Part shown: positions 14,340 through 26,599 of the stretch, one piece after another
Numbering within the stretch: the first letter of the stretch is position 1
Layout: every line of letters begins with the position of its first letter
NCBI RefSeq assembly: GCF_004010195.1
Contig: NC_057749.1
Location: forward strand, 23,666,999-23,730,998
DNA length: 64,000 bases
Reading direction: 5' to 3'
Source: Chiloscyllium plagiosum
Lineage: Eukaryota
Made by a program: the position numbers and the translations under genes
The notes under the pieces: model-generated
Told to the model about the DNA's origin: nothing
Seen by the model: the letters and a program-made list of their open reading frames with translations, nothing else
Databases searched by the model: none

Positions 14340-15320
14340 CAAAGAAAGGAAGACTGTTGTGGGAGTTGGAAGTTAGTCATCTCTGCAGGAGTTTCTTCGG
14401 ATAGTGTCCTGAACTCAACCACCTTCAGCTGTTTTATTAAGACTTTCCCTCTATCCTAAGGCCTGAAGTGGGGATGTTCACTGGTGATTGCACAATGTTC
14501 AGCACCATTCCGAACGTCTTAGATACTGAAGCAGTTCACGATCAAATGCAACAAGAACTGGATAACATCCAGGCCTGGGCTGATAAGTACCAAGTAACAT
14601 TTGCACTACACAGATGTCAGGCAAGAGCTATCGCCAATAATATAGTATGTAACCAACCCCCGACATTCAATGGTGCTATCACCACCATTACCAACATCCT
14701 TGGGATAAATATTGACAGAAACTCAACTGGACCCACCACAAACAGTGGCACACACAAGCAGATCAGAGGTTCAGAACGCTGCAGTGATTAACTCCCCTCA
14801 CGGTTCCACAAAGCCTGTTCACCATCTACAAGGCACAAGTCAGGAGTGTGATGGAATACTCCTCACTGGGTACAGCTCCAACAACACTCGAAGATTGACA
14901 CCAACCTGGACAAAGCAGCCCACTTGACTAGCACATCCACAAATATCCACTCTCTCCACCACCAATGCTTACTAACAGCAGTGTACACTATATACAAGAT
15001 GCACTGCAGAAATTCACTCAAGATCCTTCGACAACACCTTCCAAACACATGACCACTTCCACCTAGAAGGGCAAGGGCAGCAGATCACTTGGGAACATCA
15101 CCACCCGCATGTTTCCCAAGCCACTCGCCAGCCTGACTTGGACATGTATCGCCGTTCCTTTGCTGTCGCTGAGTCAAAATCCTGAAATCCTCTAAGGACA
15201 TTGCGGGTCAAACTACACACGTGGAATGCAGTGGTTTAAAAAGTCAGCTCACCACCACTTGCTCAAGGACAAGTGAAATAGACAGTAAGTAGTGGCCTGG
15301 CCAGCAACACCCATAACAGT
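14340..15320 (+). mobile_element. L2/CR1-group LINE 3' fragment
   Basis: MFTGDCTMF...MQQELDNIQAWADKYQVTF...KCQA-like RT C-terminus. Confidence 0.75.
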
Positions 15321-17688
15321 GAATTTTAAAAAAGCAAAGACAGCTGTTCTATACTAAAAATGACAGCTGACTCATTGCACATGATTTAAGCAAAGGCGCC
15401 CAACTCACTGAAGTGACATAACTCTTCCTCTTTCTGGAACCAACAATCATACAAGCATTAACTTGGAGGGACTTTCAAAGACTCAATGTCTTGAAGCATC
15501 CTCCATCAATCCTTACCCAAAGTCATCAAAATACAATCGAAAAGGACATCATTACCAAGTATCTTTAATCAGAGAACCGACCCACTCTAAACTGTCCAAC
15601 TTGAACTAACCATCCATCTGAGCTCTCAACAGTCGTGCCGTGATCAAACATTTATCAAAGTGAAGTCTCTTTTACCCAAGCAAAGGATCAAAGTGTTTTT
15701 CAAAAACACAGCCACAAACTACAAACAATTAAGCCTCATGGACATGGACTGTGGATTGGTACTGCAGTGACGAGGTCAAGTCAATTTAATTTCAATCCCA
15801 CTGAACATTACGCAAAGTCAAATGTACTCCTGTCTTCATTTAATATGAACCACAAATTTCCTGTAAAGTCCCTTTCTCATTCCTCCAACTGAACAGCATG
15901 TCAAACTTATAAACTGGCATTCTACTGACTTCACTAGCATCTGGTCCCAACTTGAAACACTCTTCTCGCATTCCCATTCTAAATATTGCATTTGAGGAAT
16001 TTTGCATGGCATTCTAACATAAAGCCCTGCCTTTCCAAGGAGGAACATTCTGAAGCTTGGCACTTTTTGGGGTGAAGAAACAAGGACCAGTGTGTGTAAC
16101 GGAACAGCATACACACACACGCACACTTCTGCTCCAGCTTCAAACTCAGCTTCTCACAGATCCGCCACAACTTCCTCAGGGCAATTCAGGCGCTCTGCTC
16201 ATCCCTTCACTGCTCACTGTCTGACCAATGCTCTCACCTTTAGCTCCTTCGCTTTGTCCTCCCATATTGAATCTCAGATAAAATGTCAAGTTAACACAAA
16301 GTGAAACCAAAAACTTGTATCAGTTTAATCAAGTTGAGCCTCTGATAAAAAAGGGAAATAAACAGGACAACAGGTTGCAGAGCCACTGGATTCATTCCAT
16401 ACATTAATCCCATTTTGATGGATTGTTTTATTAAAACAAAATAAGCCTTCTGTTCACTTGGCTTCAGTGCTGGGTTAGGAGCCTTCAGCAGCATCGTACT
16501 GCCCAAGCATTGCAACACAGGAGGAATAGGCCACTGAAGTAAATGCATCTTCCCACACTATCCTCCTGTTCTTTGATGTCTTTAATATCTAGAAATCCAT
16601 CTGTCTTGAGCATATTCAATGACTGATATTCCACAGCTCTCTGGGGTCAAGAATTCAGAAAATTCACTATCCGCCCGATGAAGAAATTCTTCATTTCAGT
16701 CCTAAATAACTTTCCCCTTTTTTTGAATTTATGACCCCTGGCTCTAGAACACCCAGCCAGGAGGAAAGGAACACAATTCTGGAAAAAAAAACTATAATTC
16801 CTTCCCATGTACCAATGCTCATTTGGATGGGTATATGAATAGGAACGGTTTGGAGGGATATGGGCCGGGTGCTGGCAGGTGGAGCTAGATTGGGTTGGGA
16901 CATCTGGTCGGCATGGACGGGTTGGACCAAAGGGTCTGTTTCCGTGTTGTACATCTCTATGACTCTGACTCTCTACATTCCTTTATGAAGTCAGAAAGAG
17001 ATCCAAACTCTCCCAACACAATGGGTGAAACATTTAATTCTCACAGGGCATAGCAATCAAACTGCTTATGGATTATGTCTGGCTTAAGAAAAACAAATCT
17101 ACTTGGATATTCACTATCGATCTTTTGATTTTTAATTTGCAACCAACATGGTGCTGTTCTGAAACACTATTTACTTGAAAACAAGTTTTACTTTAAGCCA
17201 CTTTAACCTAGATCCTGTCTGTACAAGAACAATTAAAGAATTCCAAATAGTTTTTTTTGTGCATTTCATTCCTTTGATCCTAAGTAGACTTCCCTACTCT
17301 TGAGGATTATCCTGGAGTCTTCAGAAATTGAACATTAATCTCCAGGACACAGCTAGGAGTGACCAAGAGGAAAATAAAACATTGAGGCAGCTTCCTAAAA
17401 AAAAAGACATTTTCTAAACACTTCTGTTTGTGTATGCACTAAACATGGGTGGCTAAAAACATCCAATCAAGACCACACAGAGTACCGAGAGCAGGACTGA
17501 GCACCACCCCTTAGAAATAAGTTTGGCCCTGGAGAGAATTCAACTCAGGTTTACAAGGATGATAGCTGGACTTCTGTAGTGATGAGGAGAGATTAGGCAA
17601 ATTAGGACTATAAATGCTGGAGATTTAGAGTCGAAAAGTGTGATGCCGGAAAAGCACAGCATGTCAAGCAGCATCCAAGGAGCAGCAG

Positions 17689-17724
17689 ATTCGACGTTTC
17701 GGGCATAAGCCCTTCATCAGGAAA
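17689..17724 (-). ncRNA. Minimal hammerhead-ribozyme-like motif, intact core
   Basis: ttc-CTGATGA-A-GGGC-TTAT-GCCC-GAAA-CGTC-gaa: stem I ttc/gaa, GUC cleavage triplet. Confidence 0.65.
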
Positions 17725-18213
17725 GGGTGGGGGGGGAGCTGTAAGATAAATAGGAGGGTGAGATGCAGGTGGCGGTGGGGGGGGGAAGAAAGGAGGAAGG
17801 TAGGTAGAAAGGCGATGGGTAGATGCAGGTGTTTCATACGAAAAAAGTACCTTTGATAGAGTGTTTTTTCTAATTTCTTTGTCAGCAAGATGATGGATGG
17901 GCAATTAGTTCTCCATGAGTTTCTTTCACAACAGCAGTTGCTCTCTGACCAAATTTATACCCCATAGACATCAGATCATCTCATTGAGTTTGAATTTGTT
18001 TTGCCAACATCAAACCAAACTCAATTGGGCATAATTTAAACTGATTGACAATTCAAATGTAACCATCAAAACAGCAACCAAAGCTCAGGTAGCCATTTCA
18101 CAGCCAAAAGTTTCACATTTTCAAATTTTCCATTACACTCTGGAACTGCCATCTAGTCATACAATCTCTCAGTTCAGAACAGCATTCATTCTCTCAAAGG
18201 CACAGTACATGTT

Positions 18214-18467
18214 TTCAACTTCATAACAATACAGAGAGTAGTGTAGGTTTGGAACTCTTGCTCAAACCGCAGTCAATGCAAATTCAATTGTTAAACTTAA
18301 TCCAAGATACACAAATTATTATTAAGCCTTGGGCCCTATCCCTTAACATCCTTGCTTAATAACAATGCGTATATCTTAGATACAGTTTAACAATTGAATT
18401 TGCATTGACTGCGGTTTGAGCAAGAGTTCCAAACCTACACTGCTCTCTGTATTGTTATGAAGTTGAA
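18214..18467. repeat. 84-bp near-perfect inverted repeat within a CR1 tail
   Basis: 18214-18297 is the reverse complement of 18384-18467 with one mismatch. Confidence 0.9.
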
Positions 18468-18766
18468 GGTATATGGAGTTAGACCACATATCAGTCATGA
18501 CCTCAAGGAATGGTGGAACTGGCTTGAGGGGCCGAATGGCGGAACTGGCTTGAGGGGCTGAATGGCCTCCTCCTGCTCCTATGTTCCAAAATCACTTTGA
18601 TCCATCACTGTAATAACTTATAATATCTCTACAACTTATGAACATCTAAGAAAAATCCTTGCTTTTCAAAACACATTAAAACATTCAATTTCAAATGATG
18701 CTCAGATTAGACTAATTGACAGGTCAACATTATAAATTAACATAAAATTAACAGCACTGTACTTAC

Positions 18767-18862
18767 TTCCTTCTGGAACAACCAGAAGGTTCAATCCATC
18801 GAGAGTAGCAACCACGGCTTCACTGTACAGATTCTTCCAAGGGATCTTCAAAGTGAGCTTGT
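18767..18862 (-). CDS. VPS13C: VPS13C coding exon 4 ((D)KLTLKIPWKNLYSEAVVATLDGLNLLVVPEG)
   Basis: atag acceptor, GTAAGT donor, 96 nt; peptide visible in ORF 18702..18893. Confidence 0.96.
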
Positions 18863-19092
18863 CTATAAATGAAATTAGCATAATACAAAACATGACACAG
18901 TATACTTAAAAATAAAATCATGAGGCTTTAAAGAGACTTAAAAAAGAATATTAACAGCTGACCTGGAAAACCTAGATGCTTTACTGCACAAAATCCCAAA
19001 ACTTGAACATGTTTTTTCAAAAGGATAGAATTACAGAATTCCACAGCACAGAATGAGGCCATGTCTGTGTACATCTCTCAAAAGGCAGACCA

Positions 19093-19733
19093 TATAACTG
19101 TTCTGGACTAGGCCGGACCACTCAAAACATTCTTAAGCAGGCAGCCCAGACCATAACTTAGCAATTTGTTTCGGTAAAAGTTAGCTAGGTTGACTACTAG
19201 ATTTTAAAACAGACAAATATTTATTCAGAACATTACACAATGAAACACAAAGCACAGAATAAACAACCCCTACAGAACTCAGTCTATCCAAACTAGACTT
19301 CATTATGCTGATCTGAATATACACAACAGCCCCAATAAGCAAACTACCTTTAAAAACCAGTATGAATGGAATGCATGCTTACAGGTTGAAGTCGAAGGGC
19401 AGAAAAAGAGAGAGGGGGAGAGAGAGATTCCACACAATTCACTGTTGAACTCCTCACCACTTGGACTGAACTAAACTGCTCAGCTAGAGAGCTGACCAAT
19501 CAATCCCCTTTCATAATACAGATCACTTCTAAAACATGACCACTTTGGCCTGAAGTCTCGTCTGTTTACATATAAACAGAAGGCCTCTCAAAATCCTTTT
19601 CATCTCTGTACCAAACCACTCTGATCGGAGCCCGGCCCGGTTTATTACCCCTCTGAAAAAAAAAAATCAAGGACAGAGTCTCCTTGAGTCAAGGAACAGC
19701 TTTTAGAAAAAAAAAGGGACTAGCTTTGTGACA
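19093..19733. mobile_element. Putative solo LTR
   Basis: ~640-bp block with imperfect TG..CA-type termini (tataac ... gtgaca) and no ORF; no clean TSD seen. Confidence 0.35.
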
Positions 19734-20289
19734 TAACATTCATTGCCCCTGCAATATACTCTAAGCAATACTTTTCAAATAAGTATCTAATGGAAATGAA
19801 AGGGGAGGGGGTTGGAAGAGAGAAAATGTTAATATTTAAATTAAAATAATTTTCCAAATCAATTAAAATCCAAACAAGCAGCAGTGGACACACCATTAAT
19901 GCTGGCATTTAGCCTGTGAGTGAGTCACAGCATCAGATCTCAATCATTTTGACTCTGATCTTCAGTAAAAATCAGCTGGTGTCATTAACCCCTTCATTTA
20001 CTATTCCATCAATGTCATAAACTGACATTGTTCACCTTTCAGAAAATACAACCCTTCGTCAAATCAGCAACTGGTTCTGTTTTTCCTCCTATAAATACCC
20101 TCTCTCTAGAAAGTGAATCTCAGTTCAGAACGAATTCAAGAAGTGGTTCGTAAAACACTCTCTTCTTGATTGGTCAACTCCTTCATAAATCGATTTGGTG
20201 TCACAGATCCCTTTATGCATTCCAATACAATGTACTCTTTGCATATTTACATTTCTGAATGCAAATTTGTAAAAACATGCATGAGACTA

Positions 20290-20820
20290 TCAGCTCGTCA
20301 TACCAGCACAGAAACAGACCCTTTGGTCCAACCAGTCCATGGCAACCATAATCCCAAACTAAACTAGTCCCACCTGCCTGCGCTTGGCCTATTTCCCTCC
20401 AAACATTTCTTATTCATGTACTTGTCCAAATGTCTTTTAAATGTTGTAACTGTACCCAGATCCACCACTTCCTCTGGAAGTTCACTGCACATGCAAACCA
20501 CTGTGCAAAAACATTGTCCCTCATGTCTTCCTTTAAATCTTTGTCCCACCTTATAAATATGCCGCCAGTCTTGAAATGCCCCATCCGAGGGAAAGATACC
20601 TGCCCTTCCCCTTTATCAATAACCCTCATGATTTTATAAACCTCCATGAAGTCACCTCTCAACTTCCTACACATTAGTTAAAAAAATCCCAGCCTATCCA
20701 GCCTCTCCTTATAACTCAAACCCTTCATTGCCAACATCATCCTGGTAAACCTCTTCTGAATCCTCGCCAGCTTAATAATATCCTGCTTATAAGAGAGTGA
20801 CCAGAACTTCACACTACTCC
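20290..20820 (-). mobile_element. CR1 3' fragment
   Basis: RIQKRFTRM, LRGDFMEVYKIM, TFKRHLDKYMN. Confidence 0.85.
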
Positions 20821-23530
20821 AAAAGATGTGGATGGCAGTTGCAGGGAGGGAGATAAACGGAAGACGCAGACAGGTAAATCTCCAGGAAATGCAGAGGGGG
20901 AGGCAGGTTGTGCAGGAGTATCCTGCAGCTATCCCCTTTTCAAACAATTATGCCGTTTTGTAAAATGTAGGTGGTGATGGACTCTCAGGGGAACCAGCAC
21001 TAACAGCCAGGTTTCTGGTATCAAGACTGGTTCTTATGCAACGAGAGGTACATCAAGTTCCAAGCGATCGATTGTGATAGGGGAGACTGGTCAGAGACAA
21101 AGACAGAAGTTTCTGCACCCAAACAGCAAGACATCAGAATGGTGTGTTGCATCCCTGCAGCCAGGATCAAGGTTATCTCGGAGATGGTGCAGAATGTTCT
21201 CGGAAGGGCAGAGTGGCCAGCAGGAGGTCACTGTACATATTGGAACTAAAGACAAAATAATAAGGAATATAGGAAGTTCGGCAGGAATTTAAAAAGTAGA
21301 TCCTCGATGGAAGAAATATCTGGATTACTCCTGGTGCCACAAGCTAGTGAGGATAGAATAGGAGGATAGAGCAGATGAATGCATGGCCGAGGAGTTGGTG
21401 CAGGGAGAATGATTCACGTTTTTGGATCATTGGAATGTCTTCTAAGATAGAAGTGACCTGTACAAGGCGGATGGATTGCACCTGAATTCGAAAGGGACTA
21501 ATATACTGCAAGGACATTTGCTAGAGCCACTCAGGATGATTTAAACTAGTAATGTGGGGCGGGGGTTGTTATTGTTGAGGGGAACCAGCAGGGATAGTTA
21601 GAAAATACATCAATATGAGATGGGTACAGTTGACAAAAAAACAAGTCAGTCAGCACAGGCAGAAACAAAACAGAACAAGGAAGGACTGATAAATTAAACT
21701 GCATTTATTTCAATGCAAGAGGCCTAACAGGTAGATCAGGTGAACTCAGCATGGTTGGGAACATGGGACTGGGATATTATAGCAATTACAGAGACGTAGC
21801 TCAGGGATGGACTGGACTGGCAGCTTAATGCTCCAGGATACAAATGCTATAGAAAGGATGGGGGGGGGTGGTAGAGTATTCTGCATCAGTGTTTACTGCG
21901 GAGAAGAATATGGAAGCGAGAGAACGTGAGGAACTAAATAGGAACATCTTGAAAAACACACATTATAGGGAAGGGGGTGCTGGAAGTCTTAAAAACAAAG
22001 GTGGATAAATCCCCAGGACCTGATCAGGTGTACGTGGAACCCTGTGCAAACCTAGGGAAGTGATTGCTGGTCCCCTTGCTTAAATATTTGGATCATCGAT
22101 AGTCACAAGAGAGATATCTGAAGACTGGAGGTTTGCTAACATGGTGCCACTATTTAAGAAAGCCGGTAAGAAGAAGCCAGGAAACTGTAGACAAATGAGC
22201 CTAACATCAATGGTGGGCAGGTTGTTGGAGGGAATCCTGAGGGACAGGATTTACATGCATTTGGAAAGGTAAGGATTGACTGGGAATAGTTAACATGGTT
22301 TTACGCATGGGAAATAGTGCCTCACTAACTCGATTGAGTTTTTTGAAGAATAAACAAAAAGGATCGATGACAGCAGAGCAGTGGACATGATCTATACAGA
22401 CTTCAGTAAGACATTCGACAAAGCTCCTCAGGGTAGACTGGTTAGCAAAGTCGGATCACGTGGAATAGATGAAGAACTAGATATCTGGATACAGAACTGG
22501 CTCAAAGACAGAAGACAGAGGGTGGTGGAGGGTTGATTTTCCGACTGGAGCCTGTGGCGTGACACAAGGATCATTGTTGTGTCCATTGCTTTTCGTTCTT
22601 TTGTATAAAACGATTTGGATGTGAATATAGGAGGTACAGTTACCAAGTCTGCAGATGACACCAAAATTGGAAGTATAGTGGACAGGAAAGAAGGTTACCT
22701 CATAGTACAATGGGATCTTGATCAGATGGGCCAGTTGGCTGAGGAGTAGCAGATGGAGTTTGATTAAGATAAATGCGAGGTGCTCCATTTTGGAAAAGCA
22801 AATCTTAGCAGGACTAATACACTTAATGCTAAGGTCCTGGGGAGTGTTGTTCAACAAGGACTTATACACTTAATGGTAAGGTCCTTGGAGTGCAGGTTCA
22901 TAGTTCCTTGAGAGTGAAGTTGCAAGTAGGTAGGTTAGTGAAGGTGGCTTTCGCATGCGTGCCTTAATTGGTCAATGCATTGAGCAAAGGAGTTGAAAGG
23001 TCATGTTGTGGCTGTACAGGACATTGGTTAGGTCACTATTGGAAAACTGCGTGCAATTCTGGTCTCACTGCCATAAGAAGGATGTTGTGAAACTTGAAAA
23101 ATTGAGAAAAGATCTACAAGGAGGTTACCGGGATTGGAGGGCTTGAGCTATAAGGAAAGGCTGAATAGGCTGGGGCTATTTTGCCTTTTACAGGTTTATA
23201 AAATCATGAGGGGTAATGGAAAGGGTAAATAAAGGTCTTTCTCCCAGAGTGGGGGAGTCCAAAACTAGACAGCATAGGTTTTAAGGTGAAAGGAGAAAGA
23301 TTTAAAAGGAGTAACTTTTTAAAATGCAGACGATGGGGTGTGTATGGATGAGCTGCCAGAGGAAGTGGTGGAGGTTGGTGCAACTACATTTTAAAAGGCA
23401 TCTGGATGGGTATATGAATAGGAAGGGTTTAGAGGGCTATGGACCAAATGCTGGCAAATAGGACTAGATTTATTTAGAATGGACATGTTCGACTCAGGGA
23501 GCTGTTACTGCACTGAATATCTCTAGGACT
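20820..23530 (+). mobile_element. Long decayed CR1 LINE (ORF1 SGNH-esterase-like remnant, EN start, internal deletion, RT, 3' tail)
   Basis: VIG..., VHIGTxD and DGLHL-like ORF1 remnants; FNARGL EN start; KSPGPD, DFSKTFDK and ADDTK RT motifs; terminal ctctaggactct. Confidence 0.85.
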
Positions 23531-25685
23531 CTGATTCTGTGTCCATATAGTTAATATGGATGTGGTTGATGATGTAAAAATGTTAACCTTTTCTTCAACT
23601 AAAAGATATCCATTTATAATAGCATGTCAGTTCAACACTTCAACATCCTGCTCTTCCAAGAGTGGGATAAGACCTGAGGTCTTCTGTCAGGAACAGTGAC
23701 ACTGTCTCACCATGTCGTCAACTCACCTCAAAACTGCTGAATATTTTAGGGTTCTACCCACTTCCTCTGCAGTTTAACTGACTGTCTGCATTGGAACATC
23801 ATGCCACATGCTTCCTAACTTAATTCTACAAATGAATGCAAATTACCTCCTCCATATGCAATTTTAGTTGTTCATTGCCACAAGAGTACATCTTGACTTC
23901 CTTACTTGTAGGTGATAGTTACACCTGCCCCAAGAATGAATGAGGTAATTAAAATTTCCAAAGGTTTTTCAAAGTCCAAGCTCTATTTCCACAAGCATGA
24001 ACTGGTATGAAATGGCATGCAGTACTGTACCAACATTTTCGTGCACATGAAAAGTCCAGCTCTGCAACATTCTTGCATCAAAATTAGATCAGCAAAATGC
24101 TTCAAATTTCTCTTCCTAAAATGAGACTGTATGTAGCCTGTGGGCATACAGCTCAATACTGGCAGGACTCAAATGGGGGAAGGCTAGTGTAGCAGTCTCC
24201 AAATGAAGACAATAACTGGTCTGATGTGATGTGGTCTGATGTGATCATCATCTAACCCCATCTGCCCTGATAAAACGTTGCTGAAGCCAGTACTTTTCTT
24301 GAACTGCCTCAAGTTCTATGTTGACAGCATTTGCTCAACGTTGTTAGCTGAAGTGTTCCCCAATGGTCATCCAGAGAAAATAAAGAAATGGGAATAGATT
24401 TGTCATTAGAATAATGTACAAATTGGAGAGAAACATGGAAGTAAGGTTGTCCCCCTGACAGTGCTTTCAGTCCTTTGCAGGTTATGGCAGGGGTGAAGTG
24501 CTATTGTTGTGACAATGAGTTGCCAATCATGTCGGGATTGCAGACCGAGCTTAGGTGACAAATACTAATCAAACAAGCCACTTTGTTACTGGTGTCCATC
24601 CAAGCAAGTGCCAAATCTTCCACTGTACACTCCACCAGGGTTGGAAAGGAAATCAAAATAGGAAAGGAAGTTAACTCTAAAATTCCAAACTGTCTGACTG
24701 AGGTCTACATTAAATTGTCTTTTCTGACAAAAACAGTTGAAAAACATGGGGGAGGAAAAAAAATGCATACCCATGTCCAGATTTAAGTGTCCATGAGGGA
24801 AAAAAGAAATCAGAAAGGAGCAAGGAACAATTCAAACAACCTGCCCTCCAGGTGTAGTGTATATCTTACATACGTCACTGAATATGACAATTCATAAAGT
24901 GATTAAATTGACAAATTACCATTGTATTAGTTTTTTTTCCTAAGCTCACCTCCTTCTTAAGCTACATAATACAACTTATTCTATCAAAAAAATGTTCACA
25001 TGCTGAGCTCATCGAACAGCACTTCCAGCAATGAATTACTCACTGTCATCATTTGGTATGGAACAAATTTGGTGTTCAGCAGTACTTTACAAATAAGAAA
25101 GATTAATAAGCAATCTTCTACCTTGATAATGATCAAGCAATGAATGTTGTCTGAACACAAGGTTAAACCTCCTCTCTCTTGCTTTAGAAAGAAAAGGAAT
25201 TTTTGACAGCTATCTAACAACCCTTTGCTAAGTTTTGTTTTCCTAACTGATGGATTAGTATTTCAGGCTGACACCGAGCTATAATTTATAGCATTATGGC
25301 AAATGATGCTGGTTCCACAGACTGTTTGCAGAATATTTCCTATTTTTCTCTTAGAAAACATCAACATCTTATTCCCACCCAATACTCATCAAAAGGCTCT
25401 TGACAGTACCACTCAATTTTGTTAATTCCAAATGAGTGAAATTTCATTAATAAAATACTAAATTACGTAGATATTAACAGTTGTATTTACAGCTGCCAAA
25501 CAGCAAATAATATATAAACTATCAGTTCTTTAAATAGTAACTACTTATTTAGTCACACTTTCTTTAGGTAAGATCATTAATTGAAGTTTTGACGAAGTTG
25601 ACACAGTAGTTACATAGCGAAAAACTCAGTTTCAGAGCAAAGCAAAACACAGCAGCTCAGTAATAGACAAAAACAAAGAACATAC

Positions 25686-25728
25686 CTATCTGTCCAGCCT
25701 TGACTTTGAAAGGGACATCAAAATCATT
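25686..25728 (-). CDS. VPS13C: VPS13C coding exon 3 (NDFDVPFKVKAGQI)
   Basis: ccag acceptor, GTATG donor, 43 nt; matches human SELDVPFKVKAGQI as recalled. Confidence 0.95.
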
Positions 25729-25968
25729 CTGGTCGGGAAGAAGAATGGAAGAAATCACTTTAGCATAAAACACTCAAATGCATGTGATATTTGCAGATTT
25801 TCTACCAGATTATAAGCGAACACAAAAACCAAGATCAGTAAAATAATTCTGAAGCTGTATGAGCTGCAGACTGCCTGTACAATAGGCATGAGACAACCTC
25901 ACTTAATTAGAAGTCATAATTATAAACAGCATTTCACCTGTGCAAACTTGTCAGGCAATAGTAAAAAT

Positions 25969-26188
25969 AGAGAGTAGACAAGCAGGAGGCTGGAAGAACA
26001 CAGCAAGCCAGGCAGCATCAGGAGGTGCAGAAGGCAAAGTTTCCAGTGTGACCCTTCTTCAGGTCTAAGGGTTACACCCAAAACATTGCCTTCTCCACCT
26101 CCTCATGCTGTCTGGCTTGCTGTGTTCTTCCAGCCTCCTGCTTGTCTACCTTGGATTCAAGCATCTAGTTTTGTTTTGTCTTGTCTCT
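25969..26188. repeat. Palindromic Penelope-derived element (another family)
   Basis: Inverted arms centred ~26063; TSD aatagtaaaaat at 25957-25968 and 26189-26200. Confidence 0.8.
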
Positions 26189-26599
26189 AATAGTAAAAAT
26201 GTGACCCAAGAACAGCTTTAAGATCTGAATTGTTTATTTGAGCCATAAAATGATCTTTTAAATATTGTGATTATTCTCCTGTAAGTGGATTTTCAATGTT
26301 TTCAAATTTATGTATTGATATTATGCATGTTACAGTTTTCATTCTCACCAAATTGCTCACAATCCAAACAGCTGCCTAAATGAACAGTCCCTTCACATGC
26401 ACAGTCACCTTCCTTTTCAAAATAAAGTCTCCTGTTTTGCAAACTAACCTTGGGCTCTTCCTAACAGGCTTCAAATGTGTTATCACCCACCCTAAACATC
26501 CATATTATGACAGAGGTTTAATATAAAATTCCAAGTGAGGTTGTTTGAAGAGCAACTAAGGTCTTAAATCTAAACAAAGGAAAGCATGAAAGCACGAAG

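Noticed and set aside
15480..15830. Possible ancient conserved non-coding element in VPS13C intron 4
   Set aside because: Impression only; cannot be supported without cross-species alignment
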